A stretch of 64,000 nucleotides of DNA from Desulfarculaceae bacterium (GTDB lineage Bacteria; Desulfobacterota; Desulfocorpusculales; Desulfocorpusculum): the NCBI GenBank assembly GCA_037443445.1, contig JBBIOJ010000007.1:69383-133382 (forward strand), given 5' to 3'. Shown here piece by piece: positions 28,959 to 39,466 of the stretch (positions within the stretch are counted from its first letter, which is position 1; each line of letters begins with the position of its first letter). The translations under genes were made by a program, and so were the position numbers. Under the pieces are notes generated by a model, which was given only the letters and a program-made list of their open reading frames with translations, had not been told where the DNA came from and ran no database searches.

Positions 28959-29990
28959 TTGCCGGGAAGAAAGTGTGGCCAGCCCTTGGTTTCCGTGGTC
29001 ATGCCTTTTAGAGACTCAGCCGAGACTCTTCCCGAGGCGCTGGATTCAATCCAGTCCCAGACAATGGAGGATTTCGAATTGTTGGCCATAGACGACGGCT
29101 CTCAAGACTGCTCGGCAGAGATTCTGCGAGGCCGGCTCAAGTCAGATCCAAGATTCAGAATCTTTTCCCCCGGAAGGGTGGGACTGGTAAGGGCTCTCAA
29201 CTTGGGGCTAAGAGAGAGCAGGGCGGCCCTTGTTGCCAGAATGGACGCAGACGACATCATGCATCCCAGAAGGCTGGAACTGCAGCACAAGTTCCTGGGA
29301 AAAAGGCCTGAGTTGGCCCTGGCAGCCAGCCGAGTGGAGATGTTCCCCCCGGAGAATGTAAAGGGCGGATACCTGGAGTACCTGCGCTGGCAAAACCGCT
29401 TGACAAGACCCGTGGAGATAGGGGCCAACATATATTGGGAAAGCCCATTCGTGCATCCTTCTGTCATGTTCAGAAAAGAGCTTGTCCTGAGACTTGGGGG
29501 TTATAGGCAGGGGCCTTTCCCAGAGGACTACGAGCTTTGGCTTCGGATTTTCCAGGCCGGAGGCTTCATGGCAAAGCTTCCCAAGGTGCTTCTGCAGTGG
29601 AGGGAGCATCCGGGTCGCGTTTCCAGGGTGGATCCCAGATGTTCCAGAGAGGCATTTGACAGGATCAGGGCCTGGTATCTGGGAAAGGACTCCAGGCTTC
29701 TGACTCAAAGAGAGTGGGTCATCTGGGGGGCCGGAGGGAGCAGCAGGAAAAGAGCCCGCCTGCTAATGGAGCAGGGGGTGAGACCTTCAGCTTGGATAGA
29801 CGTGGACCCCAAAAAAATAGGCAAGCAGATATGGGGACTCAAAGTATACGCACCCTGCTGGCTGGAGGAAAGGCGCCACAGGCCTTTGGTCCTGGTCTAT
29901 GTGAGAAGCCGAGGGGCCAAGGAACAGATTCGGGAATACCTCTGTGAGATTGGCTACCAGGAGGGGCCGGATTTTTTCCCTGTGGGCTAG
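28959..29990 (+). CDS. family 2 glycosyltransferase with C-terminal extension
   Basis: VSVVMPFRD...AIDDGSQD and DADD(I) DxD-type GT2 motifs. Confidence 0.65.
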   Translation: MPGRKCGQPLVSVVMPFRDSAETLPEALDSIQSQTMEDFELLAIDDGSQDCSAEILRGRLKSDPRFRIFSPGRVGLVRALNLGLRESRAALVARMDADDIMHPRRLELQHKFLGKRPELALAASRVEMFPPENVKGGYLEYLRWQNRLTRPVEIGANIYWESPFVHPSVMFRKELVLRLGGYRQGPFPEDYELWLRIFQAGGFMAKLPKVLLQWREHPGRVSRVDPRCSREAFDRIRAWYLGKDSRLLTQREWVIWGAGGSSRKRARLLMEQGVRPSAWIDVDPKKIGKQIWGLKVYAPCWLEERRHRPLVLVYVRSRGAKEQIREYLCEIGYQEGPDFFPVG

Positions 29991-30580
29991 TCTGCATCTT
30001 CAGCTCCTGCCAAATCTTGGGAGTCTGGGGGGAGCCACCTGTCTTTTTCCAGGAAGAGCCTGTAAAAGGCTGCCACCACAAGGGAATGTGAGATGATGCC
30101 CTCGCTGATGAGCCTCGGGATCTGTCCCAGTGGCTTCAAGAGGACCTCTATGTCCTCTTTTTCGTCCTGTTTGAGTTCCGACACTCTTTCCACATGCTTG
30201 GCCAGGAAGGTGTGGCACTTGTTGTTCAGAAAGGCGGGATTGGGTTCCACAAATCCCAAGTAGAGCATCTGCCCGGCCATGCAGCCCGTCTCTTCCAAGA
30301 GTTCCCTGCGGGCCGCTTCCTCAGGGCTGTCTGAGGATTCCAAGAGGCCTCCAGGCACCTCCAGGGTGAAAGAGCGGGTTCCATGCCTCCATTGCCTCAC
30401 AAGCACCACTTGACCCTCTGGGGTGAGGGGTATGACATTGACCCAGTCTGAGGATTCAAGCACATAGAAATCGTGCTCCTTTCCGGTCCTGGGAGATCTG
30501 GACCTGTCCACCCTCAGGCGAAATATCCTGTAATCGGCACGGATTTCAGAGCTCAGGCGCTCCCAAGGTTTTACAGGCAT
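29987..30580 (-). CDS. NUDIX hydrolase
   Basis: NUDIX box GGLLESSDSPEEAARRELLEETG. Confidence 0.8.
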   Translation of the reverse strand: MPVKPWERLSSEIRADYRIFRLRVDRSRSPRTGKEHDFYVLESSDWVNVIPLTPEGQVVLVRQWRHGTRSFTLEVPGGLLESSDSPEEAARRELLEETGCMAGQMLYLGFVEPNPAFLNNKCHTFLAKHVERVSELKQDEKEDIEVLLKPLGQIPRLISEGIISHSLVVAAFYRLFLEKDRWLPPDSQDLAGAEDAD

Positions 30581-30631
30581 GAAGGGCTCCTGCTAGGCGT
30601 TGTCTATAACCAGTGGATGATTATTATGGAA

Positions 30632-32257
30632 TCATAAGTTCTCGTAGGCTATTGTGCCTTCCACTACTGTCATCAGTACCCGGGCCTCCTGGATCTTCTC
30701 GGGATCGCAGGAGGTTATGTCTTTGTCCAAAACCGTCAGGTCGGCAAGCCTGCCCGGGAGCAGGCAACCAGAAACATCCCCGAATCCCACACTGCAGGCT
30801 GCATTAAGGGTGTAGCCCCTCAGGGCCTGCATCACACCTATACGCTCCTGGGGGATCCATCCGCCGGGCCACCTTCCTTCTCGATCCCTGCGGGTCACTG
30901 CTGCCTGGATGCCCAGGAGAGGATTCAGGTCTGCCACGGACCAGTCCGAGCCGAAGACCACGTTGCAGCTCAGGCCCATGAGCGTGCGAATGGGAAAGGA
31001 AAATCTGGCCCTCTGCGGTCCCAGCCTCTCCTCTGTGGAGGCGGCATCAAAAACCATGTGGAGAGGCTGCATGGAGGCCGTGAGCCTGGGATGGTCCATT
31101 TTCATGATGTCCTGCTCAGAGGGGTGCTGGAAGTGCTCTATCCTCAACGGCCCAGCGCCCAGCCCTTTCTCAATGCAATCACCGTACATTTCCAAGGCCA
31201 GTCCTATGGCCGCATCCCCTATGGCATGAAGTGAAACACTTACCCCCCGACCTGCAGCCTCAAACACCATTTGGCGAAACTCCTCGCTGCTAGAGACCCA
31301 GCTCACCCCGCAATCCGAATCACTTCCCACATAAGGTTTTCTGAGCCAGGCAGAGCGGGAGCCGAGACTCCCATCCAAGAAGCCCTTTACTCCCTGCAAG
31401 AAAATACCCGAGGGCCATTTCGAATCCTGGGCAGCCAGGAAATCTGCCAGCTGTTCCAGGGGGGTCCTTAGAAAGACCCTGGGTCGGCTCCCCTCTCTTG
31501 AAAAAACCTCCTTGTGAACCTCCGAGTCCCTGAAATCCCAAACCAGGTCCTGGACAGAGGTGAGCCCCAGAGCGACCGCCCTCTCCATTGCACGGGAAAG
31601 CAGTTGCGCCTTCCTGGAAAGAGAAGGGGGAGGAATGCAGCGCAAGACCGGCTCCATGGCCTTCTCCAGGAGCCATCCTGTGGGCTCCCCAGTGGCTGGA
31701 TCTCGAATTATCCTGCCCCCGGGGGGATCTTGTCTCTGGGCCTGGATCCCGGCCAACCTGAGGGCAACCGAGTTGGCAAGCCCACTGTGCATGTCATAAC
31801 GCAAGAGGAAAAGAGGCTTCCCTTGGCTCACATCCTCGATCCACTCCTTGGTGGGGGGAACCCCTCCCCAAATGGCGTCGTTCCAACCGGCTCCCACTAT
31901 CCAGGGCTCCTTGGGATTCTGCCGGATCCACTGGGAGACTGCCTCCCTGAATTCAAACCTGCTCCTGACACCCCCCAGTTGCACCTGGCCTTGTTCCAAA
32001 GCCCCTGAAAGCAGGTGGGTGTGTGCGTCCCAAAGTCCTGGGAGAACCAGTGCCCCATGGAGCCTTATCCTTCTCGGCCTGGGGCCCACGGCGCTCATCA
32101 CTTCCCCGGGCTCCCCCATGGCCGAGATCTGTCTCCCGGACCATGCCAGGGAGCCCCTGAGTGTTCTCCCTTGGGGCAAGAGAAGAAGCCCCCCCTCCAG
32201 CAGCACAGTCTCCTGCCCGGATTTCTTGCTCCCCATGGAGACCTCCTGCTGGTTCAT
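30632..32257 (-). CDS. amidohydrolase family protein (Amidohydro_3/YtcJ-like metal-dependent hydrolase)
   Basis: LHGALVLPGLWDAHTHLL metal-binding HxH; about 540 aa. Start chosen at MNQQEVS so that it abuts the amidase stop; the longer ORF overlaps the amidase. Confidence 0.7.
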   Translation of the reverse strand: MNQQEVSMGSKKSGQETVLLEGGLLLLPQGRTLRGSLAWSGRQISAMGEPGEVMSAVGPRPRRIRLHGALVLPGLWDAHTHLLSGALEQGQVQLGGVRSRFEFREAVSQWIRQNPKEPWIVGAGWNDAIWGGVPPTKEWIEDVSQGKPLFLLRYDMHSGLANSVALRLAGIQAQRQDPPGGRIIRDPATGEPTGWLLEKAMEPVLRCIPPPSLSRKAQLLSRAMERAVALGLTSVQDLVWDFRDSEVHKEVFSREGSRPRVFLRTPLEQLADFLAAQDSKWPSGIFLQGVKGFLDGSLGSRSAWLRKPYVGSDSDCGVSWVSSSEEFRQMVFEAAGRGVSVSLHAIGDAAIGLALEMYGDCIEKGLGAGPLRIEHFQHPSEQDIMKMDHPRLTASMQPLHMVFDAASTEERLGPQRARFSFPIRTLMGLSCNVVFGSDWSVADLNPLLGIQAAVTRRDREGRWPGGWIPQERIGVMQALRGYTLNAACSVGFGDVSGCLLPGRLADLTVLDKDITSCDPEKIQEARVLMTVVEGTIAYENL

Positions 32258-33684
32258 CTCGCACCTGCTTCCAGCAAAGGGGGCCTCCTTTTCCAGAAAC
32301 CAGTGGCCTCCTGGAAAGCGTAAGCCATCTGGAGGACTTCCCAGTCCTGCTGGTGGCGCCCCACTATCTGGAGGCCCACCGGGAGGCCTTGTGAGCTGAA
32401 GCCGCAGGGGACTGATATGGCCGGGAGGCCCGTCACGGTTATGTAATAGCAAGAGCGCATCCAGTCCAGGTATGTCTCCAGCTGAACGTTGTTTATCTGC
32501 CTCACGTACTCCTGCTCCACAGGGAAGGGCAGAACCTGGCTTACGGGCAGGAGCAGAAACTCATATCGGTTCATGAATTCCCTCACCCTGTGGTAGAGTG
32601 CTGTTCTTTTCAGCTCGGCTCTGCCCAGTTGGGGTCCTGTAAGCTTCTTGCCTTCCTCGATGTTCCAGATGACCGTTGGCTTCATGAGATGCCTGAATTC
32701 CTCCAGGAGCTTTCCATGGGAGAGTTCGAAGCGCCATGCCCTGAAGACCCGGAACACCTCCTCCGCATCTGAAAGGTCAGGCTCAGCCTCTTCCAGGCTG
32801 CAGCCTAGGTCTTGGAATACCCCCAGCTGGCTTTCCAGCACGCTTGTTACTTCAGGCTCCACCGGAAGCCCGCCCAGATCCCTGCTCCAGGCAATTCGAA
32901 CCCCTTTGAAATCCCTCTCCAAAGGCCTCCAGAAGAGTTCTCCAGGCTCTGCTATGGAGATGGGAGAGCGGGGATCCGGCCCTGCCATGGCCCCCAGCAT
33001 CAGGGCAGCGTCCTGGACGGTTCTGGCCATGGGGCCTTCCACCGTGAGAGGGAACCAGGCCGATGGTGCAGGCCAGGTGGGAACCCTTCCGGCCGAGGGT
33101 CTGAATCCCACCACATTGCAGAAGCTGGCGGGGTTCCGAAGGGAACCTCCCAGGTCGCTCCCGTCTGCTATGGGGACCATGCCGCAAGCCAGGGCAACGG
33201 CGGCCCCTCCGCTGCTGCCTCCGCAGGTCTTGCTCAAATCATAGGGATTCCGGGTAGGCCCGAAGACAGGGTTGAATGTCTGAGAGCCCGCTCCGAACTC
33301 CGGGGTGTTGGTCTTGCCCACTGTGAGGGCTCCGGCAGACTTCAACCTCTCCACTATGAGCGCGTCCTTATCAGGCACATGCTCCCTGAAGATCGGGGAT
33401 CCGTACGTGGTTCTTATCCCCTTTGTTTCAACCAGATCCTTGTGCGCCACAGGCAGGCCGTGGAGAGCCCCCAATTGCTCCCCTTTGAGCAACCTTGCAT
33501 CAGCCTCCCTGGCTGCCTCCAAGGCCTGCTCTGCCACCATGGTCACTATGGCGTTCACCTTGGGATTGACTCCTTGGATCTGCGCCAGGTGGGCCTCCAT
33601 GACCTCCAGGGCAGATATCTCCCTTTCCCGAATCAGTCGGGCCATCTCGCAGGCGGTCATAAAGACTATTTCCCTTTGGGACAT
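32254..33684 (-). CDS. amidase (amidase-signature family, GatA-like)
   Basis: GGSSGGAAVALA...GSDLGGSLRNPA signature with a Ser-cisSer-Lys triad context (HGLPVAHKD). Confidence 0.85.
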   Translation of the reverse strand: MSQREIVFMTACEMARLIREREISALEVMEAHLAQIQGVNPKVNAIVTMVAEQALEAAREADARLLKGEQLGALHGLPVAHKDLVETKGIRTTYGSPIFREHVPDKDALIVERLKSAGALTVGKTNTPEFGAGSQTFNPVFGPTRNPYDLSKTCGGSSGGAAVALACGMVPIADGSDLGGSLRNPASFCNVVGFRPSAGRVPTWPAPSAWFPLTVEGPMARTVQDAALMLGAMAGPDPRSPISIAEPGELFWRPLERDFKGVRIAWSRDLGGLPVEPEVTSVLESQLGVFQDLGCSLEEAEPDLSDAEEVFRVFRAWRFELSHGKLLEEFRHLMKPTVIWNIEEGKKLTGPQLGRAELKRTALYHRVREFMNRYEFLLLPVSQVLPFPVEQEYVRQINNVQLETYLDWMRSCYYITVTGLPAISVPCGFSSQGLPVGLQIVGRHQQDWEVLQMAYAFQEATGFWKRRPPLLEAGAR

Positions 33685-33791
33685 AGGACACCTCCCGCTC
33701 TTGCTACCCCCCGAAGATCACTGAAACTCCATTGGGCAAGTCATTATGCCCCACCGGACCGAAAGGCCGCAACAAGCCAAGAGGCGGGGGC

Positions 33792-34946
33792 TCATCCGAG
33801 CTTCAGTGAACTCCACCTCCGTGCTTGACCGAGCAACCTTTCCAGGCCCATGGAGAGGGCTGCTGTAACAGAGGCGGCTCCTGCCAAGAACAAAGGCCAG
33901 TAAGGGCTCCCGAGTCCTGTTTTTTCCATCAGCACGTCACCGTAAGCCAAGACAGGTTGATGAATGAGATAGATGCTGTAGGAAATCCTTGCAAGTCCGG
34001 CAACAGGCCTCAGCCTTCCAAGACTGGCTGCCCGGGAGGAGCCGAGCACCCAAGCCACCAAGAGAAAGCACCAGATGAAGAGGTAGGGATGATACAAGGG
34101 GAGTTGGTTCCGGTCCACCAGGAACCCCGAAATCAAGAGTGCCAGGCCCGCAAGAAAAAAAGATCTGCCCGAAAAGCACATCCAAGGCTGGAGGGAAAAA
34201 AGAGGCACTTCCCCTGGCTTCGCGTCTCCATGAGCCGCCGAGGCAAGCCACATGCCTGCAGCGAACTCCGGAAGCCTCACAGGAAGGTTGAAATAGAGCA
34301 TGTAATTCAACCCGGCCAGGGTTCCTCCGGGGTCTTTGGAAGCAGCAGTGGAAAGTGCCAGCCATCCTGCCCAGGAAAACAGGCTTGTCAGCACCAAACA
34401 CCTGAGGCTTCCAAAGCGTCTGAATAACCTCAATAAGATGGGGAAGGCCAGGTAAAATTGCGCCAAGAGCCCAAGCCACCAGTATGCAGGCACTATTGAG
34501 AAAAAAACCTCGGGGAAAAGGCTGTGGAGGAAAAGCAGATGAGCCAGAAACGGCCAGAGCAAAGAATCCAAGGAATTGGATGAGATCAGAAGAACAAGAC
34601 TCCAGAAGAGAAGCGTGATCCAGTAATTGGGTAGGATCCTGAGAAACCTTCTTCGCAAGAACTCCATGTACCCTGGAGGGGGGATGTTGGAAGCGCCCAG
34701 GTGGGGAAGGGAAAGCACGAAACCGCTCAAAATGTTAAAGAGAACGACTCCCAGATGTCCCCAAGATGAGATCTGGGCCAAGACGTAACCCAAAGCACCT
34801 GTCTGGCTCATCTTGGGCATGGAGCTCCAGGCGTGGAACAGGAATACCCCCCCAACCGCCAAGCCCCTGAGGAGCTCCACCTGAGGGACCAAGTTGGGAA
34901 CAGGATTCAAGTTCTCTGTTAATTGTGGTTTTCCCAGTTTCCTCAA
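33792..34946 (-). CDS. acyltransferase 3 family membrane protein (OafA-like)
   Basis: About 10 TM helices; N-terminal LLRGLAVGGVFLFH motif typical of the acyltransferase_3 family. Confidence 0.65.
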   Translation of the reverse strand: MRKLGKPQLTENLNPVPNLVPQVELLRGLAVGGVFLFHAWSSMPKMSQTGALGYVLAQISSWGHLGVVLFNILSGFVLSLPHLGASNIPPPGYMEFLRRRFLRILPNYWITLLFWSLVLLISSNSLDSLLWPFLAHLLFLHSLFPEVFFSIVPAYWWLGLLAQFYLAFPILLRLFRRFGSLRCLVLTSLFSWAGWLALSTAASKDPGGTLAGLNYMLYFNLPVRLPEFAAGMWLASAAHGDAKPGEVPLFSLQPWMCFSGRSFFLAGLALLISGFLVDRNQLPLYHPYLFIWCFLLVAWVLGSSRAASLGRLRPVAGLARISYSIYLIHQPVLAYGDVLMEKTGLGSPYWPLFLAGAASVTAALSMGLERLLGQARRWSSLKLG

Positions 34947-35332
34947 CCCTGCAGAACACCTTTTCTGGAAGCAGTATTATACCCCCTAAAAATATTTGCT
35001 TGACACCAGATGCCGTGGGATGGTATTGGATCTTTGTGCAGAAGGGGGGACGAGGGGCATGGGAGTCGGCAAGAAAGGCAATCTGAACTGGGGCTGGCGC
35101 AGCTCACATAAGGGGGTGAAGTGCGCCTGCTGACTAGATAATAGAAGAACCTGGCCGCGGGCATGCCTTCATGAGCCCACGGCAAGGTTAGGACGGAATC
35201 TTAAGGCCGTGGGTCCCAAGGATCCACGGCCTTTTTGGTTTCTGAGAAGGGAAGCCCCTTTGGGGCAAGGAGTCCCCCTCTCAATTATCTGCGCCGGGCA
35301 GTGCAGAAAGATCATAGCTCAGGAGGTGGCAA

Positions 35333-36412
35333 ATGTTTGCGGAGTGTCTGGAGAAGGTAATCAAGCACATGGAGCTCTCTCAGAGGGAGGCTTACCAGGT
35401 TGTGAAGGCCATGCTGGCCGGAGAAGTGGGCCCTGTGCAGATGGCGGCCCTGCTTACTGCTTTTCGCATGAAAGGGCTCAGCCCGGCGGAACTTACAGGA
35501 GCCGGCTTGGCCCTGAAGGAGAGCTTTGAGCCGTGGGCCAGGCTGGAGAACGGTTTTCTTTCCATTGACAGGGAGGAAATACACCTTGACCAGGAAACCA
35601 TCACCCGCACTTCCCTTCCAGGGAACCAGGGTACCGCCACCTTCAACGTCTCCACAGCCACGGCTTTGGTGGTGGCTGGAGCTGGGGGGCGGGTGGTGCG
35701 TCACGCAAGCCTGATCCCTTCGGAACACGTGGGCACAGAGCACGTGCTGAGAGAACTGGGAGTGCAGCCTGAGGTGACCCCCAGCATAGCCCGGAGGTGT
35801 CTGGAGGAGGCTGGGGTGGCTTTTCTTTACAGTCCAGCCATCAATCCAGCAGCAAGGCTGGTGCAGCAGGTGCGGCGGCAGTTGGGTTTCAGAACTCTTC
35901 TCAATGTGGCAGGGCCGCTTTCCAACCCCTGTGGGGCCAGCTCGGTTTACCTGGGGGCATATGATGCCTCAGATCTTAGCCTGTTTCCTTTGGTGGCCAG
36001 GGAGCTCGGGGTTGAGACAGGGATCCTGGTGCACGGAGAGCACACCCTGGACGAAGCCAGTATAACGGGCTGGACGCGAGTTTGTCGTCTTTACCCCTCG
36101 GAGATCCGCTTGAGGGAACTGGTGCCGGAGGACTTGGGGCTCAAGAGGGGCAAGCCCCATGAGGTCCGGGGAGGCACGGCAAGGGAAAACGCCATTATCA
36201 TAAGGCAGGTTCTGGAGGGGGCTGCGGGTCCCAGGAGGGATTTGGTCTTGCTGAACTCGGCCTTGGCGCTGGTGGCCTGCAACCTAGCCAAGGAAGAAAA
36301 AGAGGGCTTGTCAATGGCAGCCGAATCCCTTGACTCGGGTGCAGCGCTGCGAAGTTTGGAACTGCTGGTCAGGATAAGTAACGAACAAGGCTATCTAAGA
36401 AAGGCAGAGTGA
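35333..36412 (+). CDS. anthranilate phosphoribosyltransferase (TrpD) family paralog with degenerate active-site motifs
   Basis: Aligns with TrpD core (FNVSTATALVVAGAGG; ...HVLRELGV), but canonical GTGGD is GNQGTA and KHGN is RHAS; no trp genes adjacent. Confidence 0.6.
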   Translation: MFAECLEKVIKHMELSQREAYQVVKAMLAGEVGPVQMAALLTAFRMKGLSPAELTGAGLALKESFEPWARLENGFLSIDREEIHLDQETITRTSLPGNQGTATFNVSTATALVVAGAGGRVVRHASLIPSEHVGTEHVLRELGVQPEVTPSIARRCLEEAGVAFLYSPAINPAARLVQQVRRQLGFRTLLNVAGPLSNPCGASSVYLGAYDASDLSLFPLVARELGVETGILVHGEHTLDEASITGWTRVCRLYPSEIRLRELVPEDLGLKRGKPHEVRGGTARENAIIIRQVLEGAAGPRRDLVLLNSALALVACNLAKEEKEGLSMAAESLDSGAALRSLELLVRISNEQGYLRKAE

Positions 36413-36645
36413 AACAAGAATCAGTAACCGGCAGGTTCCAGCGGGAAGGGGACTTCTCTTGCCTCCACATCATTGAAAGAGGTTGATGTATGGGGCTTTT
36501 TCAGTTGAGGGCCATGAGCTGGGCGGTATTGGATCGTGCCAGAGGCTCATGGGCTTGAGCGCCCCGGGCAGGTGAGATTGATCCGGGCGATGGGCTCAGC
36601 TCCCAGGCCTTCTGATTGCGCCTGAGCACCCGGACTGGGGGGGAG

Positions 36646-36900
36646 TCAATCCATGTACTTTACTCGGTACGTGGAGTTGGCCGTTTCTATCCAGAGGACT
36701 CCATGAAATTCCTGTATTTTTCTCACCGGGCTGGTTCTTAGAAGACGGCCCTTTCCCAAATACACGAGATAGCGCTCCCCCAAAGTGGGGGGTGAGTACT
36801 CCCAGGCTATTACCGATTCCTGCTCGGATTCATCCTTGAATTCGGCCCTGGAGAAGGAGATCTTCCTTGCCTGGAACTCTTTGGTGCGGATGCCTTTCAT
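36646..36900 (-). CDS. hypothetical small protein, paralog family member D
   Basis: ATG at 36900 (MKGIRTKEF) preferred over the GTG at 36921; contains WEYSPPTLGERYLVYLGKGRLLRTSPVRKI......ANSTYRVKY; divergent from the AOR gene. Confidence 0.5.
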   Translation of the reverse strand: MKGIRTKEFQARKISFSRAEFKDESEQESVIAWEYSPPTLGERYLVYLGKGRLLRTSPVRKIQEFHGVLWIETANSTYRVKYMD

Positions 36901-37627
36901 GATTATGACCCCATTCTTCACGAATTCTCATGACAAACCATCCATCCCAGCCTATGACCCTGTGCCGACCCACCAATGCCGGTGGACCCAATAGCATGGG
37001 TACCCTACGCCAGTTCAAGCGCCAATGCCCAAAGAAATGGGTGGCAAGCCCCAAGATCCCACGGGAGACCCTTTGGTGTCGGGATCCCAAGAGAGCTGTC
37101 GAGAGTCTCGAACACTCAAGGTTCTTGCAACAGAATCACATTGGCGCAATCAAGACCAATGGTCAGGCCGCTACATTATCCGGTGCTGGCGAACAATGTA
37201 TGCCTGTTTCCGCCCCCAAGGGAAGCTCCGGGCCAAAGATAACCTCTCTCCCGGAACAAAGCAATACCAACCTGAGTGTTCCCCTTGGGGTCCCCGAGAG
37301 GAAGAGGTCAAGCCCTTATCCCTGGGGTGGCTCAACAGATCGATGCTCAAGGGGCCCATCTTTTAAGGAAAAGCCTCCGTGCCTTTGGGAATCGGTGATC
37401 CGCTGGAGGCATATCATGATGTTGGCTTCAGTTGCCCAAGGCTGTCAAAGGAATAAGGGCCAATAATCGCTAGGTTGTATGGAACCTTATGAGGGATCTC
37501 CCAGGGGTCGGGGCGGTTTGGCTTCTCGAGAGGTTGGGACGTGGAGGATTTGCAGCCAGGGTGTTCCTGGGATAATCTAGCTCTTGTAATGGCGTTACAG
37601 GCTCAGAGGTCTCTTGGAGGGAACCGC

Positions 37628-39457
37628 ATGAAGGGCTGGCATGGCAGGCTGCTTAGGGTCGAGCTGAGCGAGGGGAGGATATGGGAAGAGGAGCTAAAGG
37701 AGGAGGTGGCCAGGGATTTCATAGGGGGCAGGGGAGTCGGAATACACTACCTCCTCAAGGAAGCTGATCCCAAGGGGGATCCGTTTTGCGGGAAGAACCC
37801 CCTTATCATGATGGCCGGCCCCCTTACAGGAACAGGAGCTCCCACAGGGGCGCGCTACATGGTGACAACTCTGTCACCCCTTACCGGGGCTCTCACCTGT
37901 TCCAATTCGGGGGGTATGTTCCCGGCCGAGCTGCGAAGGGCTGGCTGGGACGGGATCATTTTCACGGGGAAGGGGTCGCATCCTGTTTATCTGTGGGTGG
38001 ATGGGAGCAAGGCGGAACTCAGGGATGCCACAGAGCTTTGGGGTAAAAACACCCACCAGACAGAGCAGACCTTGAGGAGTCAGACCCATGCACAGGCCAA
38101 GGTTGCCTGCATAGGACCTGCAGGGGAGCGCCTGGTGCGTTTCGCCTCCATAATGAACGACAAAGACAGGGCTGCCGGCCGTTCTGGTGTCGGGGCTGTG
38201 ATGGGTTCCAAGAACCTCAAGGCCGTGGTGGTAAGGGGGAAGGGAAAGATCCCGCTTCATGATCCAGACGGGTTCAAGGAGCTAAATGCTAGACTTCTAA
38301 AGAAATTCAATGAGACATACAAGGACGCCCCCCCACCTCTTCGCCTGCACGGCACAGCAGTGACAGTCATGGCCACGCAGAACTACGGGGTTTTCCCGAC
38401 CCGCAACTTCCAAAGCGGCATTTTCCCCGGGTGGGAAGCCATTCACGGCGAGACCCTGAGCAAGAGATTCCTTGTGTCGCACAAGGCTTGTTTCGCATGT
38501 CCCATCTCCTGCGGCAGGGTGACCAGGGTGAGTGAACCTCCCTTTGAAGGAGAAGGTGAGGGGCCAGAGTACGAGACCGTGTACGCCCTAGGCTCCAATT
38601 GCGGGGTGGACAACCTGGCGGCCGTAACCAAGGCCAATTACCTCTGCAACGAGCTTGGGATGGACACCATATCCATGGGCTCTGCCATAGCCTGTGCCAT
38701 GGAGATGGCCGAAAGAGGGATTCTCTCAGAGAAAGAGGTAGGCCGCCATCTTGCATTCGGGGATGCCGAGGCGCTGGTGGAGCTGACCCGCATGACAGGG
38801 CTGAGGGAAGGTTTTGGGGACCTACTGGCCGAAGGGAGTCTCAGGCTGGCCACCCGGTATGGACATCCAGAGCTTGCCATGGTCTCCAAAGGGCAGGATT
38901 TTGCCGGGTACGAGCCCAGGGGGGAGCAGGGCATGGGCCTGGCCTATGCTACCTCTCCCATCGGGGCCTCCCACATGCGGGGGGATCCGGCCTACTTCGA
39001 ACTGCTCGGGGTGCCATGTAACGTGGATCCCTTGAGTTGGAAGGACAAACCCCCGGTGGTGGCCAAGTGGCAGGATCTTTTCTGTATCATTGACTCGGCC
39101 GGGCTTTGTGTTTTTTTCTCGGTGAGAAATCTCGTTCGTCCAGAACTGATGGCCCCGCCTGTGGGGATAATGGAACTCCTGAATGCGGCTACAGGGGCGG
39201 GCTACACCCTGGAAGAGCTGGAAAGGGCAGGGGAGCGTATATTCAATGCCGAAAGGATGTTCTTGGCAAAGGCGGGGTTTTCCAGAAAGCAGGACACGCT
39301 TCCCCCCCGCATGCTCAGGGAGCCTCTTCCCGAAGGTCCAGGGAAGGGCATGGTTTGCCACCTGGAGGAGATGCTTACCGATTATTACCGCGTCCGGGGC
39401 TGGACCCAGGAAGGTATACCCACAAACCAGAAGTTGAAGGAACTGGGGCTTATGTGA
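37628..39457 (+). CDS. aor: tungsten-containing aldehyde:ferredoxin oxidoreductase (AOR family)
   Basis: MKGWHGRLLRVELSEG start typical of AOR; about 610 aa with the AOR N-terminal domain and C-terminal Cys motifs (CFACPISC); GGAGGG RBS. Confidence 0.85.
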   Translation: MKGWHGRLLRVELSEGRIWEEELKEEVARDFIGGRGVGIHYLLKEADPKGDPFCGKNPLIMMAGPLTGTGAPTGARYMVTTLSPLTGALTCSNSGGMFPAELRRAGWDGIIFTGKGSHPVYLWVDGSKAELRDATELWGKNTHQTEQTLRSQTHAQAKVACIGPAGERLVRFASIMNDKDRAAGRSGVGAVMGSKNLKAVVVRGKGKIPLHDPDGFKELNARLLKKFNETYKDAPPPLRLHGTAVTVMATQNYGVFPTRNFQSGIFPGWEAIHGETLSKRFLVSHKACFACPISCGRVTRVSEPPFEGEGEGPEYETVYALGSNCGVDNLAAVTKANYLCNELGMDTISMGSAIACAMEMAERGILSEKEVGRHLAFGDAEALVELTRMTGLREGFGDLLAEGSLRLATRYGHPELAMVSKGQDFAGYEPRGEQGMGLAYATSPIGASHMRGDPAYFELLGVPCNVDPLSWKDKPPVVAKWQDLFCIIDSAGLCVFFSVRNLVRPELMAPPVGIMELLNAATGAGYTLEELERAGERIFNAERMFLAKAGFSRKQDTLPPRMLREPLPEGPGKGMVCHLEEMLTDYYRVRGWTQEGIPTNQKLKELGLM

Positions 39458-39466
39458 AAAGATAGG

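Noticed and set aside
32812-33828. 338-aa plus-strand ORF antisense to the amidase gene
   Set aside because: The amidase signature on the minus strand is unambiguous. The antisense ORF spans the amidase/acyltransferase junction, which is implausible.
36930-37466. 178-aa plus-strand ORF in the long aor leader region
   Set aside because: The translation is not protein-like (Pro/Ser/Gly-rich, no hydrophobic core pattern), with no RBS. The region is treated as non-coding.
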